A stretch of 64,000 bases of DNA from Candidatus Micrarchaeota archaeon (GCA_018819225.1 JAHJQN010000005.1:32001-96000), one strand, 5' to 3'. Shown: positions 19,015 to 28,833, numbered from the stretch's first letter. Program-made: numbers and translations. The notes: generated by a model from the sequence alone, not told the origin.

Positions 19015-19422
19015 TTATGCGTTGGGGATCTTTAAAATGACTTCGAAATACGCGTGCACGCCGTCCGACCCCACTAAATAGGAATTGATGGGCACCATGT
19101 TTCGAAAACGTTTCCGCGCCTTTTGTTCCGCGTAATACGACATGGTTCGTCCCGGGTTCTGGAACTTGACGTTGCGGCCCGGCTTGCGTCCGAGGTCCGC
19201 CTTTCTTCGAGCGCGCTTGCCGCGGTGAATTTTCACGCGGGCAATGGCATAGCCCTTCTTCGCCTTGTAGCCTAAACTGCGCGCGCGGTAGGGGTTGGAA
19301 GGCTTTTCCGCCCGCTCAACGGTTTTCTCTTTCCGCCATTTCGCGAGTCGTTTTCGGAACGAGGGAAGGCGTTCGCCGTAGCTCTTAGAAAAAGAGTCCT
19401 GAACATGTCGATAAGCTCCCAT
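19015..19422 (-). CDS. rpl15e: 50S ribosomal protein L15e, short form (135 aa)
   Basis: MGAY, RARSLGYKAKKG, NSYLVGSDG...YFEVIL. Confidence 0.93.
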   Translation of the reverse strand: MGAYRHVQDSFSKSYGERLPSFRKRLAKWRKEKTVERAEKPSNPYRARSLGYKAKKGYAIARVKIHRGKRARRKADLGRKPGRNVKFQNPGRTMSYYAEQKARKRFRNMVPINSYLVGSDGVHAYFEVILKIPNA

Positions 19423-19531
19423 TCTTCATCACCGTATTCTGGTCCCTGCGGATGGCAGGGAAATCCAACATCCATCTACTAGTACGCAGGAAGCCATTTT
19501 TAACGCTTTTGGGATTGGATGAAGCCCTGCA

Positions 19532-20329
19532 TTAACGCCGGAGCACGCGGCGGAAGATGCGCCACACGCGGCCGAAGAATCCTTCACGGGCATGCATGGG
19601 TTCCGTGCTCCCCGTAATAATGCCCACGCCTTCCTTGAGAACGCGCGCCGCAGGCGAAGAACCCTTGTAGAGTACGATGGGCGTTCGGGCGGCAATGCTT
19701 TCCGGAATCAAGTGATCTTCCGGAATCGAGAAAATAACAGGGACTTCCGCCATCGTCTCAATTTCCTTATTGGATAACTCGAACGGGGAACCCGTCGAGC
19801 GATTGACGACGATGCCGCGCACGCGCGTCTTCTTGTCCTGGCACAACGAAACCACTTTCGCTGCCGATGTGGAGGAAGGCACATCCGGCGTCGTGATCAC
19901 GATGACTTCATCGCACGTCTCCAGAATATATTCGACGTCGGACGTGATACCCGGAGGGGAGTCGACGATGATGTAGTCGTAAGCCGTCATGCTCCACAAC
20001 ACGTTTTTCAAATTTTTCAAGCTCACGTCCGGATGGTACTTGAGACTCGCCGGAAGCACGCGGATGCCCGTTTGCGGTTGGACGACGACGGCTTCCGAAA
20101 CCTTGTTCTTGCCCTGAAGGACTTCTTGAATTCCAACGGCGCCGTAAGATAACCCGAGGTGGAGTCCAGTCGACGGATTGCTCAAATCGCAATCGACGAT
20201 AATGGAATTGCGGCCCATGCGCTTGAGAATCGCCGTCGTATTGACGGCTACAACGCTTTTTCCAACGCCTCCTTTACCGGATACGACCCCGATAATCTTA
20301 TTCTTACGATTAGTGTTTGCAGCTGGCAT
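19532..20329 (-). CDS. minD: MinD/ParA-family ATPase
   Basis: SGKGGVGKS deviant Walker A, VDCDL, IIVDSPPG, IPED, C-terminal amphipathic FFGRVWRIF. Confidence 0.9.
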   Translation of the reverse strand: MPAANTNRKNKIIGVVSGKGGVGKSVVAVNTTAILKRMGRNSIIVDCDLSNPSTGLHLGLSYGAVGIQEVLQGKNKVSEAVVVQPQTGIRVLPASLKYHPDVSLKNLKNVLWSMTAYDYIIVDSPPGITSDVEYILETCDEVIVITTPDVPSSTSAAKVVSLCQDKKTRVRGIVVNRSTGSPFELSNKEIETMAEVPVIFSIPEDHLIPESIAARTPIVLYKGSSPAARVLKEGVGIITGSTEPMHAREGFFGRVWRIFRRVLRR

Positions 20330-20390
20330 ACCTCATTCTCCAAACACTAGACAACAAGCCCTTTTAAATGAGTTTGGGCAAGTGGTTAAA

Positions 20391-22118
20391 CTACTCCATC
20401 ATTTGCTTGAGTTGCCCCAAATAATCGGAGCGGTCTTGCCGGAACTGTTTGCGGGCATGCGCATCATCGCGTTTTTTGCGGAAGGAAACGAACATGGCGG
20501 CCGCCGCCACAATCGAAACACCGATGATGGCCGCGACCTCCGGTGGAAAACGCGCGATCAACGTGCTCACGGAATCGTCTTCGCGTTTGCGCACTTGAAC
20601 GGGCGTGCTTTTCGCATTCAAACCGTCTTCGGTAAACAAACGGAACGTGAACAAGTGCGACCCCGCGCTTCCAACGGGCGGGGTGACCCGGAAACCAAAC
20701 CGCGTAATGCCTCTCGGGAGCAATGGTTTTTGGATTTCCAAGGGCTGTAATTCAAAATCAACGGGCACTTCCAGCGCGGCTTGCACGTGCAGCGGTTGAA
20801 TCCCGGAATAAAACACGTCAACCGCCACTTCCCCTTCTTCCCCCTCGAATAATTCGGGGGCGAACAATCCTTTGACTTCCACGAATTCCAAGAGGCGCAA
20901 CTTTTCCTGCGTGACCGCTACCTGGTCGGTCTGCCAATCCACGTACGTGGAATACGTGGGGAGGACAAGGGGAAGGACGTACGTGGCGTACGCGATTTCG
21001 TTGGGATTCAAATTCAAAAACTCCCATCGAACCTTTAACGGCCGTTCTTGAATGATTTCTCCGGGTTTATCGAGAAAACGAATGTCTTGCGAGGTCACAT
21101 CCATGAGAGTGGGAATGGATTCGTAGACGTTGACGACGGGTATGGCTTTCGTGCCCAGATTGCGCACGTTGAGCGCGACCGTGGTTTCGCGCGCGAGCCG
21201 ATCAATGCGGATGTGTCGCAATACGACGGGGTAGGGGTATTCGCGCGGAAAGCTCTTGACGCGCAATACCATGTATTCAATCGTAGGGCGCGTGCTATGA
21301 ACCTCTAATTTCAGTAAATAATCGCCGGCCAACGCGTAATTCGGAACGGATAAACCGAAATTGATGATGCGTTCTTCTCCGGGGCGTAACGTCGTTTCCT
21401 TGGGCTGGAACGATACCCAGGATTCGGAAGTCCCGGTCACGAGCAAGCGAATGGTTTTCTCGGTTCCGCCGTCGTTGCGAATCGTAAAGGATTCGAATGC
21501 GCTCGTGCCCGCCAAGAGCTCTCTGAGAACCGTGTGGCGCAAGAACTTGATGTCCCCTTCAACGGGAATGATTTCATCCGGCAGGGGTTTCGGGGGCGTG
21601 AAATTATCGGTGGGCGGAATGAAAAATCCTCCGGACGAGCCACCCCCTCCCGGGGATTGCGGAGGAGGAGTCACCGGCGGATTCACGACGGAAAAGCATT
21701 CAGAAAACACTTCGCTTTGGTTCGCGTAATCGTCGTAATACGCGGTGGCGTTCGCGCAGTATATGCCGATGGGAAGCGTGCCCGTGCTCCAGCTCTTGAT
21801 GAGAATCACTTGCGAAAAACGCGAGATGAGCGTCGGCGAGTAATTGAACGAGTCCACGAGGTCATCCGTCGTGTTGAAGATGAGGACTTCCGCGGTCGCG
21901 TTCGCTTGAACGGTTCCGTTGTTGTAAAGCGTGAGAACGAAGTCGCCGCTGGCCCCTGAATAAATGGGATCGGGAGCTACGGTCAGGTTTTGGATCGTGA
22001 CGTTCGTGTAATTAGGCAAGTCGGACCGGAACCACGTCAGCGTGTCCGCGTAATCGGCGTGAGCGAGACTACTCAATAAGAAAAGAATAAAAAATAAAAA
22101 AAAGGTTTCATGGCTCAC
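20391..22118 (-). CDS. Exported multi-Ig-like (CARDB-like) protein with C-terminal TM anchor
   Basis: GTG start overlapping the upstream TGA; signal peptide, LYNNGTV and IRNDGG beta-sandwich motifs, PGGGGSSGG linker, TM followed by RKKR. Confidence 0.85.
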   Translation of the reverse strand: MSHETFFLFFILFLLSSLAHADYADTLTWFRSDLPNYTNVTIQNLTVAPDPIYSGASGDFVLTLYNNGTVQANATAEVLIFNTTDDLVDSFNYSPTLISRFSQVILIKSWSTGTLPIGIYCANATAYYDDYANQSEVFSECFSVVNPPVTPPPQSPGGGGSSGGFFIPPTDNFTPPKPLPDEIIPVEGDIKFLRHTVLRELLAGTSAFESFTIRNDGGTEKTIRLLVTGTSESWVSFQPKETTLRPGEERIINFGLSVPNYALAGDYLLKLEVHSTRPTIEYMVLRVKSFPREYPYPVVLRHIRIDRLARETTVALNVRNLGTKAIPVVNVYESIPTLMDVTSQDIRFLDKPGEIIQERPLKVRWEFLNLNPNEIAYATYVLPLVLPTYSTYVDWQTDQVAVTQEKLRLLEFVEVKGLFAPELFEGEEGEVAVDVFYSGIQPLHVQAALEVPVDFELQPLEIQKPLLPRGITRFGFRVTPPVGSAGSHLFTFRLFTEDGLNAKSTPVQVRKREDDSVSTLIARFPPEVAAIIGVSIVAAAAMFVSFRKKRDDAHARKQFRQDRSDYLGQLKQMME

Positions 22119-23074
22119 GTGACCTCGAAGAACATCGTGTACCATGTTTGTCCGATGCTTCCGCCTCCCGTGCCGATGTAGTCCAGTTTGTACTTGTAGA
22201 ACCATTCATCGTTCTTCGCCCCGGACGGCGGCGTGATGTTGATTCCGACGATGTATCGGCCGGGTTTCACGTCCTTAGCCCTTACTTTAACCGTAATCTT
22301 TTGGGTCCAACCCGATTGGAAGACGGGAAATGCCGGTTCCAGCAAGACGTCTACCGGATCCACTGAAACGTCAAAGTACTTTTTGGTTTCCTCGGGGTCG
22401 ACGTCGACGGTACGCGTGCCATCCGCGAACTCGCTTAACTTGAGCTCGCCGTGCGGCGGGTATTCAACCGAGAAGGCCATGCCCTGATAGGTCTGCACGA
22501 GCCACGTGGAATGGATGAAGAAATGCGTTTCGTATTCGTCGTTTCGTCTGGATAGCACGATGACTTCGCTCGGGAACGTTCCGTAACCGACTGCGGCCCA
22601 GCGGTCCGTCGGAGGATACTGGTACAATTTGCACCCGCTTTCATCGAACATGGGATACCATTCGGGCTGTTTCCAATAATTTTCCCCGAAATAGTTGGTG
22701 TCCGAAATTTTTCCGAGGTGGAACAACAGCTTTTGGACGTAGAAATCTTCAGGGAACGGAGGGACCTCGGCATACACTTGGGGAGGCAAGTCGCATCGCC
22801 GCTTGGCGATCTCGAACGGATCTTCCTGGTATTGCTGCAGGCGAACCATCAAGTCCGGGTACTTGGTCCAGAACGGATCCTCGGTCGGCGTCGGGGTTGT
22901 GGCCACTGTTATGGCCGTTGGAATGATTGTAGGCACCGGAGCCGGAGGAGCAAACGCGTCCTGCAACGGTCCCAAGAAATACAGTGCGAGCACCGCGATC
23001 ACGGCCAATCCAATCCACACTTCCTTGCCCATTTTCTTTCCGTGATGCGACGTGCTATGAGGCTTCTTCTTCAT
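22115..23074 (-). CDS. Membrane-tethered exported hypothetical protein
   Basis: N-terminal TM, PT linker, YWKQPEWYP, C-terminal Ig-like PGRYIVGINIT. Confidence 0.85.
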   Translation of the reverse strand: MKKKPHSTSHHGKKMGKEVWIGLAVIAVLALYFLGPLQDAFAPPAPVPTIIPTAITVATTPTPTEDPFWTKYPDLMVRLQQYQEDPFEIAKRRCDLPPQVYAEVPPFPEDFYVQKLLFHLGKISDTNYFGENYWKQPEWYPMFDESGCKLYQYPPTDRWAAVGYGTFPSEVIVLSRRNDEYETHFFIHSTWLVQTYQGMAFSVEYPPHGELKLSEFADGTRTVDVDPEETKKYFDVSVDPVDVLLEPAFPVFQSGWTQKITVKVRAKDVKPGRYIVGINITPPSGAKNDEWFYKYKLDYIGTGGGSIGQTWYTMFFEVT

Positions 23075-23094
23075 GATCTTTCCCCCTCTTATGC

Positions 23095-23703
23095 TTAGTT
23101 CGCGTTCGTGCTGTTGTGCGTGATCAAACGCTGTTCCACGAGACCGGATACGGACGTGAAGTTCGCGTACAACGTCACGTTAATCGAACAACATGCGGGT
23201 GAAGCCGTGGTATTGAGTTCCTGGAAAATCATTGCTTCCATGGAATTGTTCAACGGAATCTCTGGACCAATAGTTACCGCGTTGTTACCCACTCCACTTG
23301 CAGAACTGTTCACGCCCACCGTAATACCCGATGGAAGCGATGAATTGAATATGAGCGTCATGCTGAGATTCACGTTTCCGGCATTCGTGTACTGGAAAAT
23401 AGGTACCGCTGCTCCGGCTTGACACGAACCGCCGAATGCGGTGGTCAAACACGGTTCGACTCGCGTGCACGTTCCGGTGACGCAGGTAAAGTTAATGTCT
23501 GCAGTTGCGGGGCCGGGATCGGATGCACTCGAAGCATTCGCTTCACCGGCTCCCAACGGTAATGTAATCGTGAAACCCGTGTCCACCGGGACATTGAAGA
23601 TGACGGCGGTATTCGCCCATTCCGCTAACGGCATGGCAGCCAACGCAATAAATGCGGCAACAAAAACAATCAAGCGAAAGTGTTTCCAAACCATTGCGTC
23701 CAC
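23095..23703 (-). CDS. Secreted pilin-like subunit (hypothetical)
   Basis: Signal peptide; TNAGNVNL; homologous to the C-terminus of 23782-28341; own TATA-like sequence near 23751-23758. Confidence 0.8.
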   Translation of the reverse strand: MDAMVWKHFRLIVFVAAFIALAAMPLAEWANTAVIFNVPVDTGFTITLPLGAGEANASSASDPGPATADINFTCVTGTCTRVEPCLTTAFGGSCQAGAAVPIFQYTNAGNVNLSMTLIFNSSLPSGITVGVNSSASGVGNNAVTIGPEIPLNNSMEAMIFQELNTTASPACCSINVTLYANFTSVSGLVEQRLITHNSTNAN

Positions 23704-23781
23704 CTTTTAATTATACGAAGCGGGGATATGAATCCGTGACGTTTAAGGCCTATATAAAGCTTTCTGCGAGGGAAAAAATAA

Positions 23782-26700
23782 CTATTGTGATGCGGTGGCG
23801 TTGTGAGTAATTTCCACCCACTCGGCCATGCCTCCGCTGACGCCGCTGAAATCAGCCCAGCACCATAACTGTTCCCCTTCGCCCGTTGGAACCGTCGTAT
23901 TCACGAGGAACGGATCCGCCGCACTCGTATTGGTATTAATGGTGTGAGAGCTTCCGTAACCTGCGCCGGAATTGTGACATTTGAGGGTCACCCCCGTTGG
24001 AGGCGTTGCATTCAAGTAAATACTCCAATTGAGATTTGCATCCCCCGTATTATTGAAAATAAAGAACGGATTATCATTGTTTTGACAATTCGCGGTATAT
24101 CCGACGCATGGATGCACCTCCGTTTGATCGCCCGTCAAACTCGTGAAGTTCATGTCCAAGGTAAATGCAGGCGTGTAGTTGATGTGCAAGGCTGGTTTAT
24201 TATTTAGTGAGTGGTTTGCAGAAGAGATCACAAAACGTTCTGTTCCTGAATCGGGCACAGATACCGCACCGAAGATGGAAATCCATTCCGGGTGATTCAA
24301 TATTTGGGCATGGGCGATCGCTGGATCCAACGTGAAGTTCTTGTAACCGGTACTCTCGAATAATGCGGCAGTGGAATTCCAGGTATTCGAAGCATCATTA
24401 GAATGCATGGCTTTACAAGATATTAACTGCACGCGACTGACAACATGACCACCCAAAAGTCCATTGTTTTCTCCTGGATTGGTAGCAGTGGAAACATATA
24501 ATTCTGCTAGAATTTCATTGAAAATAATTCCGGATCCATTCGTTAATCCGGTTTCAAAATCCATATGCCATTTTCCGGATGCCCCTATCCCAAGGGTTTG
24601 GTTGGCTTCAATCAATTCATCTCCTTCCGGCGTACAAGCCGCATTTCCTGCATTTCCATACTCTGCAATATCAAAACTGGGGTAAACCGCTATAGTTCGA
24701 GAATAGTTCGCAGTAGAACCAACGGCTCCCCTTCCGGGAATCGTTAACGTAAACGATGTGACGGCTGGCACGGTCCAAGGCATACGGATGTGCACCTCGC
24801 GGTTCGTGCTCAACGTGATGTTTCGAATCGATGAATTGTCGGTATAACCCGGCGAACTGGCATTGAAGTAATGAGGCGTGTAATCCGTTTGCGTGTTCGT
24901 TCCGTCCGGCGCGTTGACGATCGTAAAAGCAGTGAGGGTCTGCCAAGGAGTCATTCCGTTCGAGTCCGTGGTGATTCCCGTGAGCATTTCCGTGCCAGAC
25001 GTGTAATTGGTGATCGAAACCGTGGCGCCGTTCATGGGATCGTCGGTCACGTTGGTGACATTCACCAACAAAAACCATTGCCGCGTGTAATTGTTTTCAT
25101 TTCCCCCGAACGTGACCAGGAGGTCATCAAACGAACTGTTGCGGAACACGTGGCCTTGCGAACCGCTGGAGAGGAATAAATCCTTGTTCTGCGTGTCACG
25201 GATGGTGTTGTTGATCCACAGGCTGTTGTTGGAGGCCACGATATGGATGCTGTTGTTGGAATGGTTTTGAATCGTGTTGTTCGTGAAATTGTTGAAATCG
25301 GAGTTGATGATCCTCACGCCCCGCGGTCCTCCCGTAAAGTTGTTGTTCTCGACGACGTGGTCGGTACGCGTTCCCGCAGAAACGGACCAAATACCTAATG
25401 CTTCCCCGTAACCGTCGCCATTATCTTTCATTTCCTCCACTGTATTGTTCCGAACGACGCACCACGCATTGTCGCCGGTCCCCTCGTAACCCAGCGCCAT
25501 GCCGTACGGAGACTGGTTGACGTAATTGTTTTCTATCGTGCAGTTATCGGAGTGGCCGTAGAAGAGGACGGAAAAATCAGCTCCTGACGGCGTGTGAACC
25601 GTGTTGTTTCGGAAAATGGTGTTGTTGGACGAGTCCTTGATTTGGATGGCTCCATAACCCTGCGTGCTGAAATTGTTGTTTCGGATGGTCGTATCGTATG
25701 CGAACGAAGCCAATACGCCATGCCGATATCCGTAAAAGGAACAGTTCGCGACGTCGGTTTCGTTAAAGTTTGTAATCGATACATGCGTTCCAACGCGTCC
25801 TACTCGGCTGATCGTATGGCCGTCGCAGTCGAGCGTCAACGTATTTGCCGCGATGGTGAAACAGGATCCGGGGGGGGCCGTCAGGTCGTTGTTCAACAAG
25901 ACGCTTTGTTTAATGGTTCCGCAACTCCCGTTTACAATCGCCGTAAAATTGTTTTTGTCAGTATCCGTTAAACCCCACTCGTCGGATCCGATGCAATTCC
26001 AGATGTATTTATTCGGAGGCAACCCAAAAACATTAAACGCGGTATTCGTCGCATTCTGTAAACCCGTAGCGCTCGTATTCGAGAAGTTGGCGGCCCAAAC
26101 TCCGGAAAAGTTGCCCCATAACGTTAGATTTTGAGGAGTTCCGGTGTCCACATCGATACTGCAGTTGAACGTAACCATCGCTTGGGCACTGCTGGAAACC
26201 GTGGTATTATCGGTCGCAGGACTAATCAATACCACGTCAGGGGGCTCGGAGTAATTGACATATAGATAAACCTGCGATAACGCATCTTGGGAAGAGATGG
26301 GATCCCGATCCTTACGATCTTCATCCTTGATGCCAAATCCGAAGAAATTAGTTCCAAGTCCATTTTCCATGTCCGTATGAGCTGCGTCTATAAGGGTATA
26401 ATTCGTCCACTGTAACCCTGGAACCGAAGCCACTCCGGTATGATAAATAGTCGAAGAATTCACGTAATCCCACGGCGAATCCGAACTACCGCAGGAAAAA
26501 CTGGATAACGGTTTGTTGATCGCGCGAATGGTATGGTTACTCGCATGAACAGTATTCCAGTACAACGAAGCCGTGATGTTGAAAATTTGTGCAGTACCTG
26601 GAATGCTGGTGGTGTCCCAGTCAATTGCAGGCCGGTAATCAATATCGTTATAATAGGTTGCAGTCGCATTCGTGCACGAAGTACTCGTAAGATTTCCTAC

Positions 26701-28341
26701 GATAAGAGAAAAAGCGCTGTCGACAGCACAACCGTAATAATTGTCGACAGTCGTACAACCAATACCCGAATAATTTATGGTGCGCCAGAACGTGGTATCG
26801 TTATTGTTTTCAGCAGCGGCATATCGCACAAACGGATCCAAGAATAACTGTTTGCCTTGCAAATTGGAGATGCGCAGCTCCGTTTGATTCGTCATCGAGA
26901 GCGAAAAGCCTTCCTCAATCAAGTCGTTGAAATCCAAAACGATATCGCCCGGTAACATGATGGAATGATCCTCGACGTAAACCGTGCTCCAATCCATTTC
27001 ATCCGATGAGAGCCGTAATCCGATGGACTGAATCTTGTCGTGAATGGGTTGCGGCGAATCCCGGAAATCCAAAGCGAACTTCGGATGTTTTTCGTTGCGC
27101 ACCTGACCGCGGAAGTTAACCCCTAATCCCTGCTTGATTTCGTGAACGCTTTGATCGCGATTCTCGAATACGATGAAGGGATCCAGTTTCACCGTGTAAT
27201 TGGGGGCTTGCAGTTGGAAGTGCGGGTTTTCCCACGTAAACGAAATGTATTCGTTGAAGCCCATCCACTTTCCGAAGAAGAACACGTTGACGGGTTTCTG
27301 ATACAAAATCGCGGTCTTGTATCCGTTGCCGCTTTCGATCACGTCCGCTTTCGCGCCAACGGCTTTCCCCGTCACCGGCAAGTCGGATTCGAATAATTTG
27401 ACTCCGCGCGGTTCAATTAATGCGGGAACAAGTGTGGGCATAGGAGTGGCATTTGCGGTGGGCGACGCGCTAACAGATGGCGTGGGGGTCATCGTGGCGT
27501 TCGGGGTTGGAGTCATGGTCGCGTTTGGAGTCGGCGTGGGAGCCGGTGTGGAAAACGAATACCCGTCTTCCCGCGAGCAGTTTTCAGAATTACAGCTTTC
27601 AACTGAGAAGAAATACTGCGTGGATGCCAGGAGACTGGAAAGGGTTAGCGAATGCGTTTGCACGAGCGAGGAATCCGATTCAATGAGACTGAGATCGATG
27701 TCTTGACCGTAATAGACCGTGGAATTCGCGGGCTGGTCGGTATCCCAGGAGATGAGCGCGCTGCTGGTTTGGGGTTCTGCAGTCACATTATCGATGATGG
27801 GAAAATCAGGGTAAGGCGTTGCCGTAGGCGTTGGAGTCGGAGTCGCTTCCAATTCGCAGGCGGTAGCGCAACACGTGCCGGAGTCGGAAGCATTGAGCCA
27901 TTGATCGCCAGGACAAATTTCTCCCTCTAAACAAATCGTTCCGTTTTGTTCCGCGCAAGTCGGTTCAGGGGTCGGAGTCGGTTCTTCCGTGGGAGTAGGT
28001 GTCGGGGATTCGCAGGCAACCGCACAACACAAACCGGTATCCGAAGCGTTGAGCCATTGATCGCCAGGACAAATTTCTTCCTCAGAACAAACGAACCCTC
28101 CTTGTTCCGCGCACGTGGGATCGGGAGTGGGCGTGGGCGCTTCAGTTGCAGTAGGAGTAGGGGTTTCCGTTGGAGTCGGCGTAGGAGTAGCAGTAGGAGT
28201 AGGCGTTTCCGTTGGAGAAGGAGTAGGGGTGGGCGTAGGATCGTCGGCCCCGGCAACCGCAGCCAGTAAAAAGACAATAACCACTAACAATCCAATGTTC
28301 GCGAGCAGGAAACTCCCACGGAAACGGGAGGGAAACGGCAT
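23782..28341 (-). CDS. Giant multidomain surface adhesin-like protein (1519 aa)
   Basis: Signal peptide, PT repeats, two 6-Cys modules, FN3-like (ISWDTDQPANSTVYYG), DNRLRE-like domains, NosD-like beta-helix (CFTIAANTLTLDCDGHTI), C-terminal pilin-like domain; no TM anchor. Confidence 0.9.
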   Translation of the reverse strand: MPFPSRFRGSFLLANIGLLVVIVFLLAAVAGADDPTPTPTPSPTETPTPTATPTPTPTETPTPTATEAPTPTPDPTCAEQGGFVCSEEEICPGDQWLNASDTGLCCAVACESPTPTPTEEPTPTPEPTCAEQNGTICLEGEICPGDQWLNASDSGTCCATACELEATPTPTPTATPYPDFPIIDNVTAEPQTSSALISWDTDQPANSTVYYGQDIDLSLIESDSSLVQTHSLTLSSLLASTQYFFSVESCNSENCSREDGYSFSTPAPTPTPNATMTPTPNATMTPTPSVSASPTANATPMPTLVPALIEPRGVKLFESDLPVTGKAVGAKADVIESGNGYKTAILYQKPVNVFFFGKWMGFNEYISFTWENPHFQLQAPNYTVKLDPFIVFENRDQSVHEIKQGLGVNFRGQVRNEKHPKFALDFRDSPQPIHDKIQSIGLRLSSDEMDWSTVYVEDHSIMLPGDIVLDFNDLIEEGFSLSMTNQTELRISNLQGKQLFLDPFVRYAAAENNNDTTFWRTINYSGIGCTTVDNYYGCAVDSAFSLIVGNLTSTSCTNATATYYNDIDYRPAIDWDTTSIPGTAQIFNITASLYWNTVHASNHTIRAINKPLSSFSCGSSDSPWDYVNSSTIYHTGVASVPGLQWTNYTLIDAAHTDMENGLGTNFFGFGIKDEDRKDRDPISSQDALSQVYLYVNYSEPPDVVLISPATDNTTVSSSAQAMVTFNCSIDVDTGTPQNLTLWGNFSGVWAANFSNTSATGLQNATNTAFNVFGLPPNKYIWNCIGSDEWGLTDTDKNNFTAIVNGSCGTIKQSVLLNNDLTAPPGSCFTIAANTLTLDCDGHTISRVGRVGTHVSITNFNETDVANCSFYGYRHGVLASFAYDTTIRNNNFSTQGYGAIQIKDSSNNTIFRNNTVHTPSGADFSVLFYGHSDNCTIENNYVNQSPYGMALGYEGTGDNAWCVVRNNTVEEMKDNGDGYGEALGIWSVSAGTRTDHVVENNNFTGGPRGVRIINSDFNNFTNNTIQNHSNNSIHIVASNNSLWINNTIRDTQNKDLFLSSGSQGHVFRNSSFDDLLVTFGGNENNYTRQWFLLVNVTNVTDDPMNGATVSITNYTSGTEMLTGITTDSNGMTPWQTLTAFTIVNAPDGTNTQTDYTPHYFNASSPGYTDNSSIRNITLSTNREVHIRMPWTVPAVTSFTLTIPGRGAVGSTANYSRTIAVYPSFDIAEYGNAGNAACTPEGDELIEANQTLGIGASGKWHMDFETGLTNGSGIIFNEILAELYVSTATNPGENNGLLGGHVVSRVQLISCKAMHSNDASNTWNSTAALFESTGYKNFTLDPAIAHAQILNHPEWISIFGAVSVPDSGTERFVISSANHSLNNKPALHINYTPAFTLDMNFTSLTGDQTEVHPCVGYTANCQNNDNPFFIFNNTGDANLNWSIYLNATPPTGVTLKCHNSGAGYGSSHTINTNTSAADPFLVNTTVPTGEGEQLWCWADFSGVSGGMAEWVEITHNATASQ

Positions 28342-28527
28342 GCGCGTATTACAGCGAAGTCATATTAAACCTTTTACAGAACCGGCGGGAAAAGAAACGC
28401 AAGTCTTTTAAAGCAGAAAGCGCATTGAAAGTGTTCCTTTGGGGAGTAAGCCGGTGCGGCTTGAGAACCAATTCAACTTGTTCTTGATTTCCTCATCGAT
28501 TGCGCATTCATTATCAGGTCATAGTTT

Positions 28528-28833
28528 ATGGACGTCAACAAATCCCTTCGATTGGTCGTGGATACGGGCAAAGTCGTGCTGGGCACGGACCGCGCCATGA
28601 AAACGGCGTTGCTGGGAAACGCGAAATTGATCGTGATTGCAAGTAATATGGCGAGGGATTCGCGACGCGATCTCGAGCAATACTGTAGGCTCGCCGGCAT
28701 TCCGACCATGGAATTCAATGGGACGAGCATCGAACTCGGAACCGTTTGCGGGAAACCGTTCCCGATTTCTGCATTGACGGTTCTCGAGGAAGGGGAATCC
28801 GGTATCTTGAAGGAGAGAGGCGACGCGTCATGA
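28528..28833 (+). CDS. rpl30e: 50S ribosomal protein L30e
   Basis: TGKVVLG, ELGTVCGKPF, GESGIL. Confidence 0.96.
   Translation: MDVNKSLRLVVDTGKVVLGTDRAMKTALLGNAKLIVIASNMARDSRRDLEQYCRLAGIPTMEFNGTSIELGTVCGKPFPISALTVLEEGESGILKERGDAS

Noticed and set aside
19030-19036. T-TTA-AAG slippery-like heptamer at the end of L15e; the -1 frame gives ILKDP, like consensus VILVDP
   Set aside because: The -1 frame stops after about 13 codons without the conserved tail and does not join the next ORF
27430-28240. Short tandem repeats that might suggest a CRISPR array or VNTR
   Set aside because: They encode Pro-Thr linkers; no constant repeat with unique spacers and no cas genes in the window
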